A stretch of DNA of 64,000 nt from Paracoccus sp. (in: a-proteobacteria). Its GTDB lineage: Bacteria > Pseudomonadota > Alphaproteobacteria > Rhodobacterales > Rhodobacteraceae. Shown one piece after another: positions 62,727-64,000 of the stretch. The position numbers and the translations under genes were made by a program. Every line of letters starts with the position of its first letter. The first letter of the stretch is position 1. The stretch lies in NCBI RefSeq assembly GCF_030604785.1, contig NZ_JAUVVF010000002.1, positions 12,041 through 76,040 on the forward strand. Reading direction: 5' to 3'. Under the pieces are notes generated by a model. The model was not told the DNA's origin, searched no databases, and worked only from the letters and a program-made list of their open reading frames with translations.

Positions 62727-64000
62727 TCACTTGCCCTCGAACCGGTCGCGGACGAGGCGGTCGAGCGTCATCACGCCCCAGCCCGTCGCGCCCTTGGGCG
62801 CCAGATCCGTGGCCGAGGGCGGCAGGGTCACGCCCGCGATGTCGATATGCGCCCAGGGCTGACCCTCGGCGATGAAACGCTGCAGGAACTGCGCCGCCGT
62901 GATCGAGCCTGCCGCGCGGCCGCCGGTATTCTTCATGTCAGCCAGACGCGACTTGATCAGGCTGTCATAGGACGGACCCAGCGGCAGGCGCCATGCGCCC
63001 TCGCCCTCGGCCCTTGCGGCCGAGAGGATGCCGTCGGCCAGCGCGTCGTCATTGGCGAAGACGCCCGCATTGTCATGGCCGAGCGCGATGATGACCGCGC
63101 CGGTCAGGGTCGCCAGGTCGATCACGGCGGCGGGCTTGTATTCCTGCTGGGCATACCAGAGCACATCGGCCAGGACGAGGCGGCCTTCGGCATCGGTGTT
63201 GATGACCTCGATCGTATCGCCCTTCATGGATTTCACGATGTCGCCGGGGCGCTGGGCGCGGCCGTCGGGCATGTTCTCGACCAGACCGACAAGGCCCACG
63301 ACATTGGCCTTGGCCCGGCGCAGGGCCAGAGTGCGCATGACGCCCGCCACGACGCCCGCGCCGCCCATATCCATCGTCATCTCTTCCATGCCGGCAGCGG
63401 GCTTGATCGAGATGCCGCCCGAATCGAAGACGACGCCCTTGCCGACCAGCGCCAGCGGGGCCTGATCGCCCGCGCCGTTCCAGCGCATCACCACGACCTT
63501 GGAGGGCGATTCGCTGCCCTGCCCCACCGCCAGAAGCGCGCGCATGCCCAGCTTGGCGAGCTTCTTCTCTTCGATCACCTCGACCTCGAGGCCCAGTTCG
63601 CGCATGGCCAGCAGGCGGTCGGCGAAATCGGTCGTGGTCAGGACGTTGGCCGGTTCGTTGACCAGATCGCGGGTGAAGAACACGCCCTCGGCCAAGGCGG
63701 CGGCGTCGGCCGCGGATTTCGCCAGCGATTCGGGGTCCTTGACCATGAAGGTCACGCGGGGCTGCGGGGTTGCGCCGTTCCCGTCGCCGTTCTCGTCATC
63801 GTCGCGCTTGCTGCGATAGGCGTCGAAATCGTAGCCGCGCAGCGCAAGGCCCAGCGCGATGTCGCCCGCGCGCTTGTGCGCGCCCGCCATGACCAGCATG
63901 TGCTGGCCGCCCAGCCGCGCGCCGATGGCCGCGCCCGCGCGGCGCGCATCAGAGACCGAGGCGCCGGCGGGCAGGTTGACCAGCAGCAGCATCTCGGCCC
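62727..64000 (-). CDS. pepA: Leucyl aminopeptidase (M17), 5' end outside the window
   Basis: LVGKGVVFDSGG, MDMGGA, NTDAEGRL, ATLTGA, WAHIDIAG. Confidence 0.96.
   Translation of the reverse strand, partial: AEMLLLVNLPAGASVSDARRAGAAIGARLGGQHMLVMAGAHKRAGDIALGLALRGYDFDAYRSKRDDDENGDGNGATPQPRVTFMVKDPESLAKSAADAAALAEGVFFTRDLVNEPANVLTTTDFADRLLAMRELGLEVEVIEEKKLAKLGMRALLAVGQGSESPSKVVVMRWNGAGDQAPLALVGKGVVFDSGGISIKPAAGMEEMTMDMGGAGVVAGVMRTLALRRAKANVVGLVGLVENMPDGRAQRPGDIVKSMKGDTIEVINTDAEGRLVLADVLWYAQQEYKPAAVIDLATLTGAVIIALGHDNAGVFANDDALADGILSAARAEGEGAWRLPLGPSYDSLIKSRLADMKNTGGRAAGSITAAQFLQRFIAEGQPWAHIDIAGVTLPPSATDLAPKGATGWGVMTLDRLVRDRFEGK

Noticed and set aside
62500-62730. 76-aa ORF as a real protein-coding gene
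   Set aside because: Arg/Pro/Ala low-complexity sequence built partly from the repeat; kept only as a coupling hypothesis

Overview
A 64-kb, very GC-rich chromosomal segment from an alphaproteobacterium of the Rhodobacterales, most likely Paracoccus. The assignment is inferred from FnrP, cbb3 oxidase genes, a complex I NUMM-like subunit and a V. fluvialis/P. denitrificans-type transaminase. Most of it is core genome: nspC and carboxyspermidine dehydrogenase, cls, accD-folC, zapE, gltA, gltX, comEC, miaB, ccoNOQP-usp, queCDE, fnrP-hemN, polA, acpP-fabG-fabD, ndk, a urease operon with urtABCDE, holC and a partial pepA. I found no rRNA, tRNA, transposase, integrase, prophage or CRISPR array, and no clearly new multi-gene system. 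The most interesting signals are non-coding or organisational: (1) a preQ1-I riboswitch covering the queC Shine-Dalgarno (SD), with queCDE bracketed by palindromic repeats between usp and fnrP; (2) two tandem hairpins with an identical 15-nt loop exactly where ccoGHIS would normally follow ccoP; (3) a six-copy REP-like repeat family; (4) an 11-bp-period GTGCAC array; (5) EcfG-type promoters before dps, an AI-2E transporter and tandem CAP genes; (6) a CtrA-like box before comEC; (7) an FNR box inside the fnrP 5' end, placed for a leaderless hemN. The best candidate for an uncharacterised system is a divergent GT14-like glycosyltransferase/HIT operon and sulfotransferase pair. Family names come from motif recognition and memory, not database searches. 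Many starts were moved from the ORF track to the likeliest RBS-supported codon.
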